Made by a program: the position numbers and the translations under genes. From a virus (Duplodnaviria; Heunggongvirae; Uroviricota; Caudoviricetes), in IMG/VR virus record IMGVR_UViG_3300032007_000002: 64,000 nucleotides of DNA; one strand, written 5' to 3'. Below are positions 9,370 to 17,601 of this stretch, piece after piece (position 1 is the stretch's first letter; every line of letters begins with the position of its first letter). The notes beneath the pieces are model-generated. The model searched no databases. It was not told where the DNA came from and was given only the letters and a program-made list of their open reading frames with translations.

Positions 9370-9951
9370 CTATTTGACGGCCTCGATGGACACGATCGCC
9401 TCCTTGACGAACCGGTCCGCGTTCTTGTTTTCCAGGTAGTCCTTCACCATCGGCCGGAGGAGGTCCGGGTTGAAGTCGACGAGCCGGAGGATGAACGTGT
9501 TGAACTCCTGCTCGCTCATCTTCCCCCTCCGCCGCTTCTTGGTCGCCTCGTCCATGATGCGCCGGACCGCGTAGGACGGGTCCTTGACGTTCCCCGTCCA
9601 CCGGGAGACGTCCCCGAGCTTGATCGTCCCGAAGCGTCCCGTGTGGAACGCCTTCAGCTCCCCGAGCACGACCATGTCCCCGCCGATTAAGTATGTGCCG
9701 CCGGTGCCCGGCCCCATCGGCCGCAGGGCCGCGTTGAAGCAGAGGGCGGTACCGGTGCTCAGCACCTTCCCCTTGAGGTCCTTCCCGAACTGCTCCATGT
9801 CGGCCTCGTGGATCCGGTCAATTATGGCGTCGCGCTGTTCGTCCAGCTTCCGCATTTCGTCTTCCAGCAGGTTGGCCTCGCCGAGCATTTCGGCCCTGGC
9901 CTTCCTGTATTCCTCGTCGCCCGATACGGCGTAGTCAATCTCTTTCAGCAT
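9370..9951 (-). CDS. Hypothetical protein
   Basis: 193 aa, GGGAG RBS. Confidence 0.7.
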   Translation of the reverse strand: MLKEIDYAVSGDEEYRKARAEMLGEANLLEDEMRKLDEQRDAIIDRIHEADMEQFGKDLKGKVLSTGTALCFNAALRPMGPGTGGTYLIGGDMVVLGELKAFHTGRFGTIKLGDVSRWTGNVKDPSYAVRRIMDEATKKRRRGKMSEQEFNTFILRLVDFNPDLLRPMVKDYLENKNADRFVKEAIVSIEAVK

Positions 9952-9952
9952 G

Positions 9953-10195
9953 TCACAGCTCCCTTGTAGATGCGATACCGAACAGCTTCTTGTACAGATG
10001 CTGCCAGTCCAGACGCCCGGCGATGCCCGTCACCGGGTCCCCGTAGGTTATCCAGTCCACCTCGGACTTGTATATGGTCGTCCCGCCGAGCGTGATGTGG
10101 CTGTCCGTGTGCAGGACGGCGTCCGGGTTGACGAAGCGGGCCATCCGCCCGTCCCCCTTCCCGTCCTTGAACTTGATGAGTATGGTCTCGTTCAT
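9953..10195 (-). CDS. Hypothetical protein
   Basis: Start MNETILIK coupled to the upstream stop. Confidence 0.55.
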   Translation of the reverse strand: MNETILIKFKDGKGDGRMARFVNPDAVLHTDSHITLGGTTIYKSEVDWITYGDPVTGIAGRLDWQHLYKKLFGIASTREL

Positions 10196-11061
10196 CACTT
10201 CCCGCCCTTCCATCCCGGGAACCCGGCCATGTCGAATACGCGGGCCGTCGAGAAGTACGCCACCTCGTTGGCGCATGCCTTCCCCGTCTCCGGGTTCATC
10301 CATGAGTCGTTCCCGCGGTAGATGGACTCGCACGCCTTGGACGCGTTTCTGAACACCGTGAGGTAGGTCTCCCCTTCCGAGAGGTTCCTGCGGCTCTCCT
10401 CCGTGTTCGGGATGAAGAACGTGCTGAAGCTGCCCGGGTAGACTTCCCCTGTGGCTTCCGCGATGATGCCGTCCGCGCCCTTCTCCGCGAAGTGCTCCGC
10501 GAGCCTCTCCCCGTCCGCCCGGCATATACTCGCCGCGATCGCCTCGGAGAGGAGGGACTTCACCCCGTCCATCATCTCCTCCGCCGTCTTCCCGGCAGCG
10601 GCCAGACCCGAGAGCCGTGCGCAGATTGTCCCGGCGAACTCCCTGATGGCTTCCTTCGCCTTCTCCGGCTTGTCTATCCTGACGCTCCCGTCCGTGAGGC
10701 CCTTGAAGAAGTCCGACGCGAATGCGAGGATCTCCGGGGTCTCCTTCCCCTCGCTCGTCAGCCGCCTGTACTGGTCGAACATGTCCTTCGCGAAGTCCCG
10801 GACGGTGTCCTCCTTCGGCGTCTGCCCGTCCAGGTCCTCCAGCGCCCCGAGGAGGACTTCCCTGATGCAGTCCGGGCAGAGGTCCGGGTCCGGGGTGCTG
10901 CCCCCGTGCCAGATGTCCAGCGTGAACCTCACCTCGCAGTAGTTCGCCCTGCCCATCGCGTAGGGGAGTATCTTCGGCCACGAGTGCCTCACCTTGATGC
11001 GCTTCTCGAAGACCTTGCCGCACTTGTCGCAGCTGTATGTGGGATGGTTGATTGTCGCCAT
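10195..11061 (-). CDS. Hypothetical protein with N-terminal Zn-ribbon
   Basis: CDKC...CPDC pairs; AAGGA RBS. Confidence 0.7.
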   Translation of the reverse strand: MATINHPTYSCDKCGKVFEKRIKVRHSWPKILPYAMGRANYCEVRFTLDIWHGGSTPDPDLCPDCIREVLLGALEDLDGQTPKEDTVRDFAKDMFDQYRRLTSEGKETPEILAFASDFFKGLTDGSVRIDKPEKAKEAIREFAGTICARLSGLAAAGKTAEEMMDGVKSLLSEAIAASICRADGERLAEHFAEKGADGIIAEATGEVYPGSFSTFFIPNTEESRRNLSEGETYLTVFRNASKACESIYRGNDSWMNPETGKACANEVAYFSTARVFDMAGFPGWKGGK

Positions 11062-11091
11062 TGTACGTTTCCTTTTGTAAAAAATTTTTAA

Positions 11092-11829
11092 CTATGTCTC
11101 TTTGGTTGTCAGTTCGTTCCACCGCGTGACCAGCAGCTCGGGATAGCAGGCCTCCATGCCCTCGTACATCCCCACGCTGAACGCGTCGTTCACTTCAACC
11201 AGGGCGGTCTCCCCGGTCTCCAGCACCCCCACGTCCAGGCAGTATGCGCCCGGCGCCCCGGCCTCCCCGTAGTCCCTGGCCATCTGCCCGACTACGCCCA
11301 TGTCCACTTTGGCTCCCCGGTCCCCGTCATACCAGCAGCAGCCCCGGGCTTCCCCACGGATCACCGGGACCCGGTATTCCGACACCCAGCGCACCGGCTC
11401 CGAGCAGTAGATTTCCACGCTCCCGCCCACGGTCCCCAGCGGGGCCAGGTCGTCCATGGTGCCCACCATCCGCCCGGTGAAGCGCTTCACCCTGCGGAGG
11501 GGCTTGATGAACACCGGGGCTATCTCCCCGTCCTCCTCCACCTTCTCCCGGATGCGCTTCAGGCTGGACTGCCACACGTTCCGGTAGAGGTACTTGGAGA
11601 GGCTCGCCGGGTAGTCGTCGTGCCGGTAGTCGTACACCCCTAACTGTTTCAGCGCCGGTAGCGTCACCTGCAGTCCGCCCGCAACGAAGTCCCCGGGGAA
11701 AAGGATTATCCTCCGCTGCCGGATCTCCTTCGCGTGGAACGGGACGTAGTTCCCCTCGCCGAAGAACTCGGCAAGGCGGGCCTCCTCCCTGGCGAACGTC
11801 GAGTTGTCATTCACCTGGAGGTAGTTCAC
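11092..11829 (-). CDS. ATP-grasp domain protein (DUF4343-like)
   Basis: FIKP...KRFTG, SEPVRWVSEYRV and YCLDVG...LVEVNDAFSVGMY motifs; GTG start after GAGGAGG. Confidence 0.7.
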   Translation of the reverse strand: MNYLQVNDNSTFAREEARLAEFFGEGNYVPFHAKEIRQRRIILFPGDFVAGGLQVTLPALKQLGVYDYRHDDYPASLSKYLYRNVWQSSLKRIREKVEEDGEIAPVFIKPLRRVKRFTGRMVGTMDDLAPLGTVGGSVEIYCSEPVRWVSEYRVPVIRGEARGCCWYDGDRGAKVDMGVVGQMARDYGEAGAPGAYCLDVGVLETGETALVEVNDAFSVGMYEGMEACYPELLVTRWNELTTKET

Positions 11830-12131
11830 AGCATCCTCCTCTTGCCTTCCGCGACGCCCTTCATCCGTTCCACCTCCCGGTCCAGGTATTCCGACAGCCC
11901 GTTGATGGACCCGAACGCCGCCAGCGCCAGGACGCCCCCGAGGAGGTCCACCGACGCCATCATGTAGCCGACGCCCGCTCCCCCGCACATGTAGTACATC
12001 CCCGTCAGCCACGCCGACAGCTTCCTCCACCCACGCTTCCTCGCCCGCCTTCCCGGGGCGTAGAGCGCGAGCAGCGCACAGGTGTAGATGAACTCCGACA
12101 AAAGCATCGCCCCTATTCCAGGATCCCTCAT
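11826..12131 (-). CDS. Membrane protein
   Basis: Start MRDPGIG overlapping the upstream stop; several hydrophobic segments. Confidence 0.5.
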   Translation of the reverse strand: MRDPGIGAMLLSEFIYTCALLALYAPGRRARKRGWRKLSAWLTGMYYMCGGAGVGYMMASVDLLGGVLALAAFGSINGLSEYLDREVERMKGVAEGKRRML

Positions 12132-12490
12132 TCCAGTACCTCCTTCATTGCGCCGAAACCGGCATATACCCCGTATGGCCACGCCAGGGCCGCGCCGAGT
12201 GCCGGCCACAGGCCCCCCGCGTCGTACATGGACCCTATCCACGCCCCCTCCGCGCAGAAACCCGCGCAGATTGCAAGCAGCCCGGCCCAACCGTGTCCCC
12301 GGAAAGGACGCCTGCACAGCCACATCCCCCAGGAATACCAGAGGAACAGCAGGAGGACCGTGACCAGCACCGTGAGCCCGTTCACCCCGGAACAGTACGC
12401 CGGGGAAAGCGCCAGCACGTCCCCGATGCCGCAGGGGCACGACTCCACCGCCGACCCCGAACTGTATGCTACCGACTGTACCGACATCAT
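12128..12490 (-). CDS. Membrane protein
   Basis: Three hydrophobic segments; operon overlap. Confidence 0.5.
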   Translation of the reverse strand: MMSVQSVAYSSGSAVESCPCGIGDVLALSPAYCSGVNGLTVLVTVLLLFLWYSWGMWLCRRPFRGHGWAGLLAICAGFCAEGAWIGSMYDAGGLWPALGAALAWPYGVYAGFGAMKEVLE

Positions 12491-12921
12491 AACTCCCTCA
12501 CGGGGACGGCGCCCTTCCACCCGTCCGCCTTCAGCTTGCCGAGGGTGGCACAGAGGCCCTTCTCCCCCAGGTCGTCCACGTCGTTACTATTTGTCCCTAT
12601 CCCCGGGACGAGGCTGACCGGCATGCGGAGACCGTGCGCGTATGTGCTCACCTTCCCAGACCCGCAGTCGAGCCGGACGGTGAAGCTGTGGGGGAACAGG
12701 TTGCCGTGGATGACTGTCGCGTGGCGGTATTCCCTGCCGTCCTTGACGACGCTGGCTATCTGTATATCCGGGTAGTAGGCCCGGACGCATGTGGCAAACT
12801 GCTCTCCGTTCATATATTCACCTCCGTTCATATATCCATCCTTCTTCACCGCGGGATGGTTGCCGAGTCTCTCCCTCACCGCCCCTACCATGCGCTTGCT
12901 GTATTCCATCAGGTCCTTCAT
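12487..12921 (-). CDS. Hypothetical protein
   Basis: Start MKDLMEY overlapping the upstream stop (ATGA). Confidence 0.6.
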   Translation of the reverse strand: MKDLMEYSKRMVGAVRERLGNHPAVKKDGYMNGGEYMNGEQFATCVRAYYPDIQIASVVKDGREYRHATVIHGNLFPHSFTVRLDCGSGKVSTYAHGLRMPVSLVPGIGTNSNDVDDLGEKGLCATLGKLKADGWKGAVPVREL

Positions 12922-13313
12922 CCCTTCGCCTCCTCGTCGGAAAACCACGTGAAGCCCTCCCCGCGGAGGAACTGCTTCAAGTTCCATATAGTAGCCGAAC
13001 ACTTCCCCAGGCTGTCACGGGGGACCTGCCCCATGTACCTGTTGTACAGGGCCACCGCCTCCGAACCGCACGTATAGGTCCCGTCCTTCACCGCGACGAT
13101 CCCGCACTCCGTATTCTCCAGCTTCACCGCCGTCCACGGCTTCCTGACCCCCATGTCCGAACCGGCGGACGATACCACGGAGAGCATGGCAGTCCCCCAT
13201 CCACAGAAGTCAGTGCCCGCGTTCATCTCGGGGTCGAGACCCACGTCTATCCCGCTGAGGTAGGCGGTACCCTCCCGGGAGAAACGGTCGTACCAGTATG
13301 CTTGTGTGGCCAT
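12918..13313 (-). CDS. Hypothetical protein
   Basis: Start MATQAYW after AGGAG; class B motif at 13400. Confidence 0.6.
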   Translation of the reverse strand: MATQAYWYDRFSREGTAYLSGIDVGLDPEMNAGTDFCGWGTAMLSVVSSAGSDMGVRKPWTAVKLENTECGIVAVKDGTYTCGSEAVALYNRYMGQVPRDSLGKCSATIWNLKQFLRGEGFTWFSDEEAKG

Positions 13314-13349
13314 ATAGTATGCAGCTCCTGTTGCGTAGTGTAAGCGGAA

Positions 13350-14040
13350 TTTCAAAAAATTTCCCACGGCACCGGCAGGACGCCGACACCGGGCAGCACG
13401 AAATATAGCAAATATCTCCCCCGCAGGGACGGACAGCTTGCCGGGTACTTGCAGGGTGCTTGTCGGGTGGCTGCCGGGTGCGCGGGGAGGAAAATTGAAA
13501 AATTTCCGGCCGCCCGGCCCGCCAGGGCCGCGGCGGCCACCAAGTTCGGTCGCTGGCTCGGGACTCGGAAGATCGATCCCTGGCTCGGGACTCGCCTTGG
13601 ACCCCTCCAGATGGCGATTTTGAAGCGTAAAGGGCATGTTTGCCGGAGGCAAGGGGCGTTTTGAAGTCGGAAAAAGGCCGTTCTAGGATGGAAATAAAAA
13701 CGGAAAGTTAAATGTGCGCGTGTCCGTATGAGCACTTGTGCACTTCTGGACCACTGCACCCCCGTGCACCGGCACCCCGCTCCGCGGGACTGGCACTGCA
13801 CAACTGGGCACCCTCCGGGCCACGACTTCGCCAGCCCTCCGGGGGACGCCTTCGGGAGGTCTTCCCACGGTGTTGATAGGGCGTTGACAGTGTTGATACG
13901 GCTTCGGGGGTGTTGATAAGTCGTCGAGAAGGCGTTGAGAGGTCCGTGAGACGGATGTGAGACGGCCGTTGTACGGAGTTGACAGAGCAGTCTCGCGGAG
14001 CGCCGGTTGAGAAGGGTGTCCCGGAGGGGTGGGGCGGAGC
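13350..14040. other. Non-coding region, candidate replication origin (or genome terminus junction)
   Basis: Largest gene-free gap; G/C skew inverts here; phased GTTGA(T/C/G)A repeats 13870-14013; GCAC repeats 13730-13815; GGCTCGGGACTCG direct repeat near 13555 and 13582. Confidence 0.5.
13870..14013. repeat. Iteron-like G(T/C)GTTGA(T/C/G)A repeats with roughly 10-11 bp period
   Basis: GTGTTGATA at 13870, 13890, 13910; GCGTTGACA 13881; GCGTTGAGA 13932; GAGTTGACA 13976; degenerate copies between. Confidence 0.6.
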
Positions 14041-14240
14041 CCTATGTGACGTGGGGAGGGTGTGGGGAGGTTTCCCGTGATTCCGGCGGAGCCGGGAAGA
14101 CGTGGGAAGGGGTCCCCCATGTGACGGGGGATCGGTCGGGAGGGAGTTCCCGTGATTCCGACGGGGTTGTTGGGGTCGGATTTGGGGGAGGTTTACATGT
14201 GACGGGGGGAGGGTCGGGAAGGAGTTCCCGTGATTCCCCT
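14041..14240 (-). repeat. Three tandem class A elements with no RBS or ORF
   Basis: ATGTGAC...CCCGTGATTCC three times, with CCCGTGATTCC at 14074, 14149, 14227. Confidence 0.85.
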
Positions 14241-14244
14241 GCCC

Positions 14245-14469
14245 CTACTTCTTCTTGGACGGGGGGAGTTTGCAGAGGATGTCCATGACACCCTTGTAAG
14301 TCCGGTCGAGCTCCCTGGTCTTGAGGTCCAGGTTACGGCGGAGCCGGACGATGTATTCGGCGAGGTCCCTGGGTGTCTGTGTCTCGAGCTGGGCGAGGGA
14401 CATGGAGTCCATGTCGGGGCCGGTGAACTTCTGGGCGAGCCAGTTTCCTAGTTTCGTGAATCCTTCCAT
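14245..14469 (-). CDS. Hypothetical protein
   Basis: 74 aa, AAGGA RBS. Confidence 0.6.
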   Translation of the reverse strand: MEGFTKLGNWLAQKFTGPDMDSMSLAQLETQTPRDLAEYIVRLRRNLDLKTRELDRTYKGVMDILCKLPPSKKK

Positions 14470-14486
14470 AGGGTTCCTTTCATTTG

Positions 14487-14513
14487 AAAAGGGGCCCGGC
14501 GATGCCGGGCCCC
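14487..14513 (-). terminator. Intrinsic terminator
   Basis: GGGGCCCGGC-GAT-GCCGGGCCCC stem with U-tract on the minus strand. Confidence 0.75.
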
Positions 14514-14530
14514 GATAATGTAGAAACAGT

Positions 14531-14959
14531 TTAGGGATCTGTCAACAGCGGGGGTTCCTTGTGGAACTGCTTTATCGTGATCGGGGAGAAGCGTTCCCCC
14601 AGTCTGAGGGCTGCGCACTCCGTACAGAAGGGGAGGCGCCATCCGCCCCTGGTTTCGAGTTCGGGGGTCTTTCCGCATGAGCAGCAGTGGTCCCAGGAGT
14701 CCCTCCACGCTGCGAGGGCGAGTTCGGAGATTTCCGGTCGGAGGTGATCGGGGACGTTTCGGAGGTCGGGAACGAGAAGAAGCCGTCCGAGGTATTCACG
14801 GACGGCTGCGATCTTGGTTTCCGGGGAGATTTCCGCTGCCCTGGCGCAGAAGGAGTCGAACAGTTCCTTCCAGCCGTCGGGGACGTCGTCCCGGAACGAT
14901 TTCCCGTCGGGGCGGGCGGCTATCTCGGGATACGGAGTTTTGTTCCGCATTTGGGGCAC
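14531..14959 (-). CDS. Conserved-type phage protein with C-terminal CxxC...GW...CxxC
   Basis: DGWKELF...VREYLGRL...CCSCG...GGW...CTEC pattern; start uncertain. Confidence 0.6.
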   Translation of the reverse strand: MPQMRNKTPYPEIAARPDGKSFRDDVPDGWKELFDSFCARAAEISPETKIAAVREYLGRLLLVPDLRNVPDHLRPEISELALAAWRDSWDHCCSCGKTPELETRGGWRLPFCTECAALRLGERFSPITIKQFHKEPPLLTDP

Positions 14960-15129
14960 CGGAGGATGGTTTCCTTCAGTCGGGCGATTTCCTCGTCCTT
15001 GGCCTTCAGCTGTTCCTTGAGGGCCTGGACCTGCTGCTCTTTGGCGATGTCGGCGATGGTCGGCTTCTTGGGGCCGCCGAAGATGCCGTTGCCGCCGAAG
15101 ATGTCGTTGAAGTTGAACTGGTCTGGCAT
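14920..15129 (-). CDS. Small coiled-coil/Zn-ribbon protein
   Basis: Start MPDQFNF; CPKCG near the C-terminus. Confidence 0.55.
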   Translation of the reverse strand: MPDQFNFNDIFGGNGIFGGPKKPTIADIAKEQQVQALKEQLKAKDEEIARLKETILRCPKCGTKLRIPR

Positions 15130-15130
15130 T

Positions 15131-15592
15131 TTACTTCTTCCTGATGATTGCGACGCCGAGGATGGGGCCGTACTTTTCGAAGACGCCGGGAAACTGGGCG
15201 CGGAGGCGGTCGTATTCGGACGGCTGCTGCTGACGGGATTTCCAGCTGCGGATGAACTCTTCGATGGCGGGGATGAAGTCGCCGCAGTCGATGGCGGCCT
15301 TGGCACGTTCGGTGTTGAGGTCGAGGCCGAACATGCGCTTGAAGTTGCCTGCGAAGTCGCGGGAGAGTTCTTCTTCGGCCTTCTTGGGATCGGGCTGGGC
15401 CTGTTCGGGCTGTGCCTGTTCCTTGTGGTCGAGGTTCATCTGGTGGACCGCGGTGCGGAGGGTGTTGACTTCGGTTTCGAGGGCTTCGATCTGTTTAGCC
15501 TGCGCTGCGTTGGCGAGCTTGAGCGTCTCGTTCTCGCGGACGAGGGCGTCAATCTTGTCGAGCATCTGTTTCGTGATTTCGTTGTTTTCCAT
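15131..15592 (-). CDS. Coiled-coil hypothetical protein
   Basis: 153 aa, GAGGTG RBS. Confidence 0.7.
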   Translation of the reverse strand: MENNEITKQMLDKIDALVRENETLKLANAAQAKQIEALETEVNTLRTAVHQMNLDHKEQAQPEQAQPDPKKAEEELSRDFAGNFKRMFGLDLNTERAKAAIDCGDFIPAIEEFIRSWKSRQQQPSEYDRLRAQFPGVFEKYGPILGVAIIRKK

Positions 15593-15608
15593 AGGTACAC
15601 CTCAAAAG

Positions 15609-15872
15609 TTAAAAATTGTTTACGACATACCATGCGGTCTTGTAGCAGACGTAGATCCAGTTGAGCGCCGTGTGGACGATCGCCCAGGGCCACGAGTGGT
15701 TGAACACCCACGACATCGAGAAGGCTGCGAGGGCGCCTACCATCCCGGTGAAGAGGCATCCGCATGGGAACCGGATTGTAAATCCGGGTTTACGTTCCTG
15801 CTGTGAAATATAGCAATTTCGGGGGTCAGTCGGCTGGGTAGCCGTGTTCCCGGCAGATTCTCTGGACTGCAT
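15609..15872 (-). CDS. Small membrane protein (start uncertain)
   Basis: SWVFNHSWPWAIVH hydrophobic segment; a class B motif lies inside the 5' part, so the true start may be later. Confidence 0.45.
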   Translation of the reverse strand: MQSRESAGNTATQPTDPRNCYISQQERKPGFTIRFPCGCLFTGMVGALAAFSMSWVFNHSWPWAIVHTALNWIYVCYKTAWYVVNNF

Positions 15873-16026
15873 CCTTGATCTCCTGCGCCGTAGCGACGTC
15901 CATGTTGTGGATAGTGTTTAGGAAGCCGATCCCGATGTGGTCGACGGTGGTGAGTTCCACGCAGTCGTCACCGTCGCCGTATTTTTCGTTAGCGCGTTCG
16001 CGGAGTTCGCTTGCTGTATCGCACAT
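15826..16026 (-). CDS. Hypothetical protein
   Basis: 66 aa, AGGAGA RBS. Confidence 0.55.
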   Translation of the reverse strand: MCDTASELRERANEKYGDGDDCVELTTVDHIGIGFLNTIHNMDVATAQEIKDAVQRICREHGYPAD

Positions 16027-16068
16027 TGTAAAATTCTCCTGGTTTTTTTGGAAAAATTGAAAAAAAAT

Positions 16069-16266
16069 CTAGCGCCGGATTTCGGGTGGCGCCTTAAAAC
16101 TAGGTTTCTCGACCGTCACGCCGTCCTTCGGCGCCTTGAAATCTAGCAAAATTTCGTGGGAGGGCGCCTCGATGGCGGATTCCGCCACCATGGCGACGCC
16201 GAGGGTGAACAGGAAGATCAGCGCCGCTGCCATGGCGATGATGCTGATGGCTCTGGCTCCGCTCAT
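16069..16266 (-). CDS. Small membrane protein
   Basis: Start MSGARAIS overlapping the NADAR stop; one transmembrane segment. Confidence 0.5.
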   Translation of the reverse strand: MSGARAISIIAMAAALIFLFTLGVAMVAESAIEAPSHEILLDFKAPKDGVTVEKPSFKAPPEIRR

Positions 16267-16787
16267 TTTCCGTTCACCAGCTTGTAGGCGATGTCGTTCG
16301 CCACCCTCGTGAGGATGTTGCCGAGTTCGTTCTTGCCCTTCCACTTCGCCGGGTCGCCGATGTCGGGGTCGTCGAGGTTCATTCCGATTCCCCAGTAGGT
16401 GTCGGTCAGGGACGCTTCGACGAGGGTAATCCCGTCGGAGACGAGCATGACCAGCTTGTTGGCGAGGAAGACGTTGCCTTCGTACTTTTCCCGGACGGCG
16501 AGGCGCATCGTGGGGCTCTTGACCTTGTCCCAGGACTTCGCGTCGAAGTTCCTCACCCGGTTGCCGAGGAGGAGGCACGTCTGTGGGTCCTTGGTATGGA
16601 GGATGAGGTCGGCCATTTCCATGTCGCGGAAGTACCGGGCCTTGTCCAGCTGGTATGCCTGCTCGGATGTGTAGCATACCACGTCTTCCGGGGACGGGCC
16701 GAACGGGGTGTGGTGGACGAACTCGGACTGGTGGAAGTTGGCGACCCAGTCCTTGTAGAAGAAGGTGTACTTGCCGAGTGTTTTCAT
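16263..16787 (-). CDS. NADAR family (YbiA-like) protein
   Basis: NFH...SEQAYQLDKA..F.D, LGNRVRNFD...W, LVEASLTDTYWGIG and WKGKNELGNIL motifs. Confidence 0.85.
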   Translation of the reverse strand: MKTLGKYTFFYKDWVANFHQSEFVHHTPFGPSPEDVVCYTSEQAYQLDKARYFRDMEMADLILHTKDPQTCLLLGNRVRNFDAKSWDKVKSPTMRLAVREKYEGNVFLANKLVMLVSDGITLVEASLTDTYWGIGMNLDDPDIGDPAKWKGKNELGNILTRVANDIAYKLVNGK

Positions 16788-17278
16788 TTCTTGCATCCTT
16801 CCCTGATTTCTGTCCAGGGGAACTTGAGGCGGTAGTCTAGCTGCCGGAGGTAGTTGGGGAGCTGTCTGAGGGATTCCCCGGAGTGCTTGAGCGTCTGGTC
16901 GATGATGTGGCAGGGGGAGCCGTAGAAGTCCCTCATGTCGTGCCCGTCGTGGAAGTAGATGCCGCCGAGGACCTGGCCGCCGTAGACGAAGAGGACGTCC
17001 TTGCACTCGCGCATGTTGCCGAGGTCGATGGCGGGTTCCCCGTTGCGCTTGCGCTCGTACTGGCAGTGGAGGTAGGAATACTTCCCTGCGGAGAGGACGG
17101 GCTCGGCCTGGGATAGGCGCCACGTGGTGACGGAGGGGCAGTTGCCCTGGGCGTCGGCCGTGATTCCGATGTCGGTCCCGGCGTAGAGGCAGGCGGGGCC
17201 GTCGGGTACCCCGGGGAGGGATCCGGCGGCGAAGGCGATGGCCGCGAGGGCGAGGGCTAGGCATGTGACAGTGCGCAT
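16784..17278 (-). CDS. Secreted Cys-containing protein
   Basis: Signal peptide MRTVTCLALALAAIAFA; AAGGA RBS. Confidence 0.55.
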   Translation of the reverse strand: MRTVTCLALALAAIAFAAGSLPGVPDGPACLYAGTDIGITADAQGNCPSVTTWRLSQAEPVLSAGKYSYLHCQYERKRNGEPAIDLGNMRECKDVLFVYGGQVLGGIYFHDGHDMRDFYGSPCHIIDQTLKHSGESLRQLPNYLRQLDYRLKFPWTEIREGCKK

Positions 17279-17526
17279 CTGTACTTGTTCCTTATGTTGG
17301 AGATTGTCTTTTCCGGGGTGGCGCCTATGCAGTCCAGGTCGTCGGGGAGGATGTTGCGGTCGAGGAAGGAGACCATCTCCCTGGGGTTGGCGCACCGGAT
17401 CTCCGGTTCGAGCGTGACGAGGCCCTGCTGTACGGCGCTGTTGAGAAGCTGTGAATATCTTGTGGAATCGTCGTGGTTCCATTTGTCCAGGGATGCCTGG
17501 ACGAGGTCTGTGTAGGAAGTTGCCAT
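17257..17526 (-). CDS. Hypothetical protein
   Basis: Start MATSYTD directly after a TTTGTTATAT motif. Confidence 0.55.
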   Translation of the reverse strand: MATSYTDLVQASLDKWNHDDSTRYSQLLNSAVQQGLVTLEPEIRCANPREMVSFLDRNILPDDLDCIGATPEKTISNIRNKYRCALSHA

Positions 17527-17601
17527 ATATAACAAAATTTAAAAAATTGGCCGGACCGGCGGTGCCGGTCCGGTGCCGAGTTTGGAGCAAAATTGGGAAA
17601 A

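Noticed and set aside
13352-14120. ORFs across the putative origin region
   Set aside because: Low-complexity P/R/G-rich translations with no RBS, overlapping repeats.
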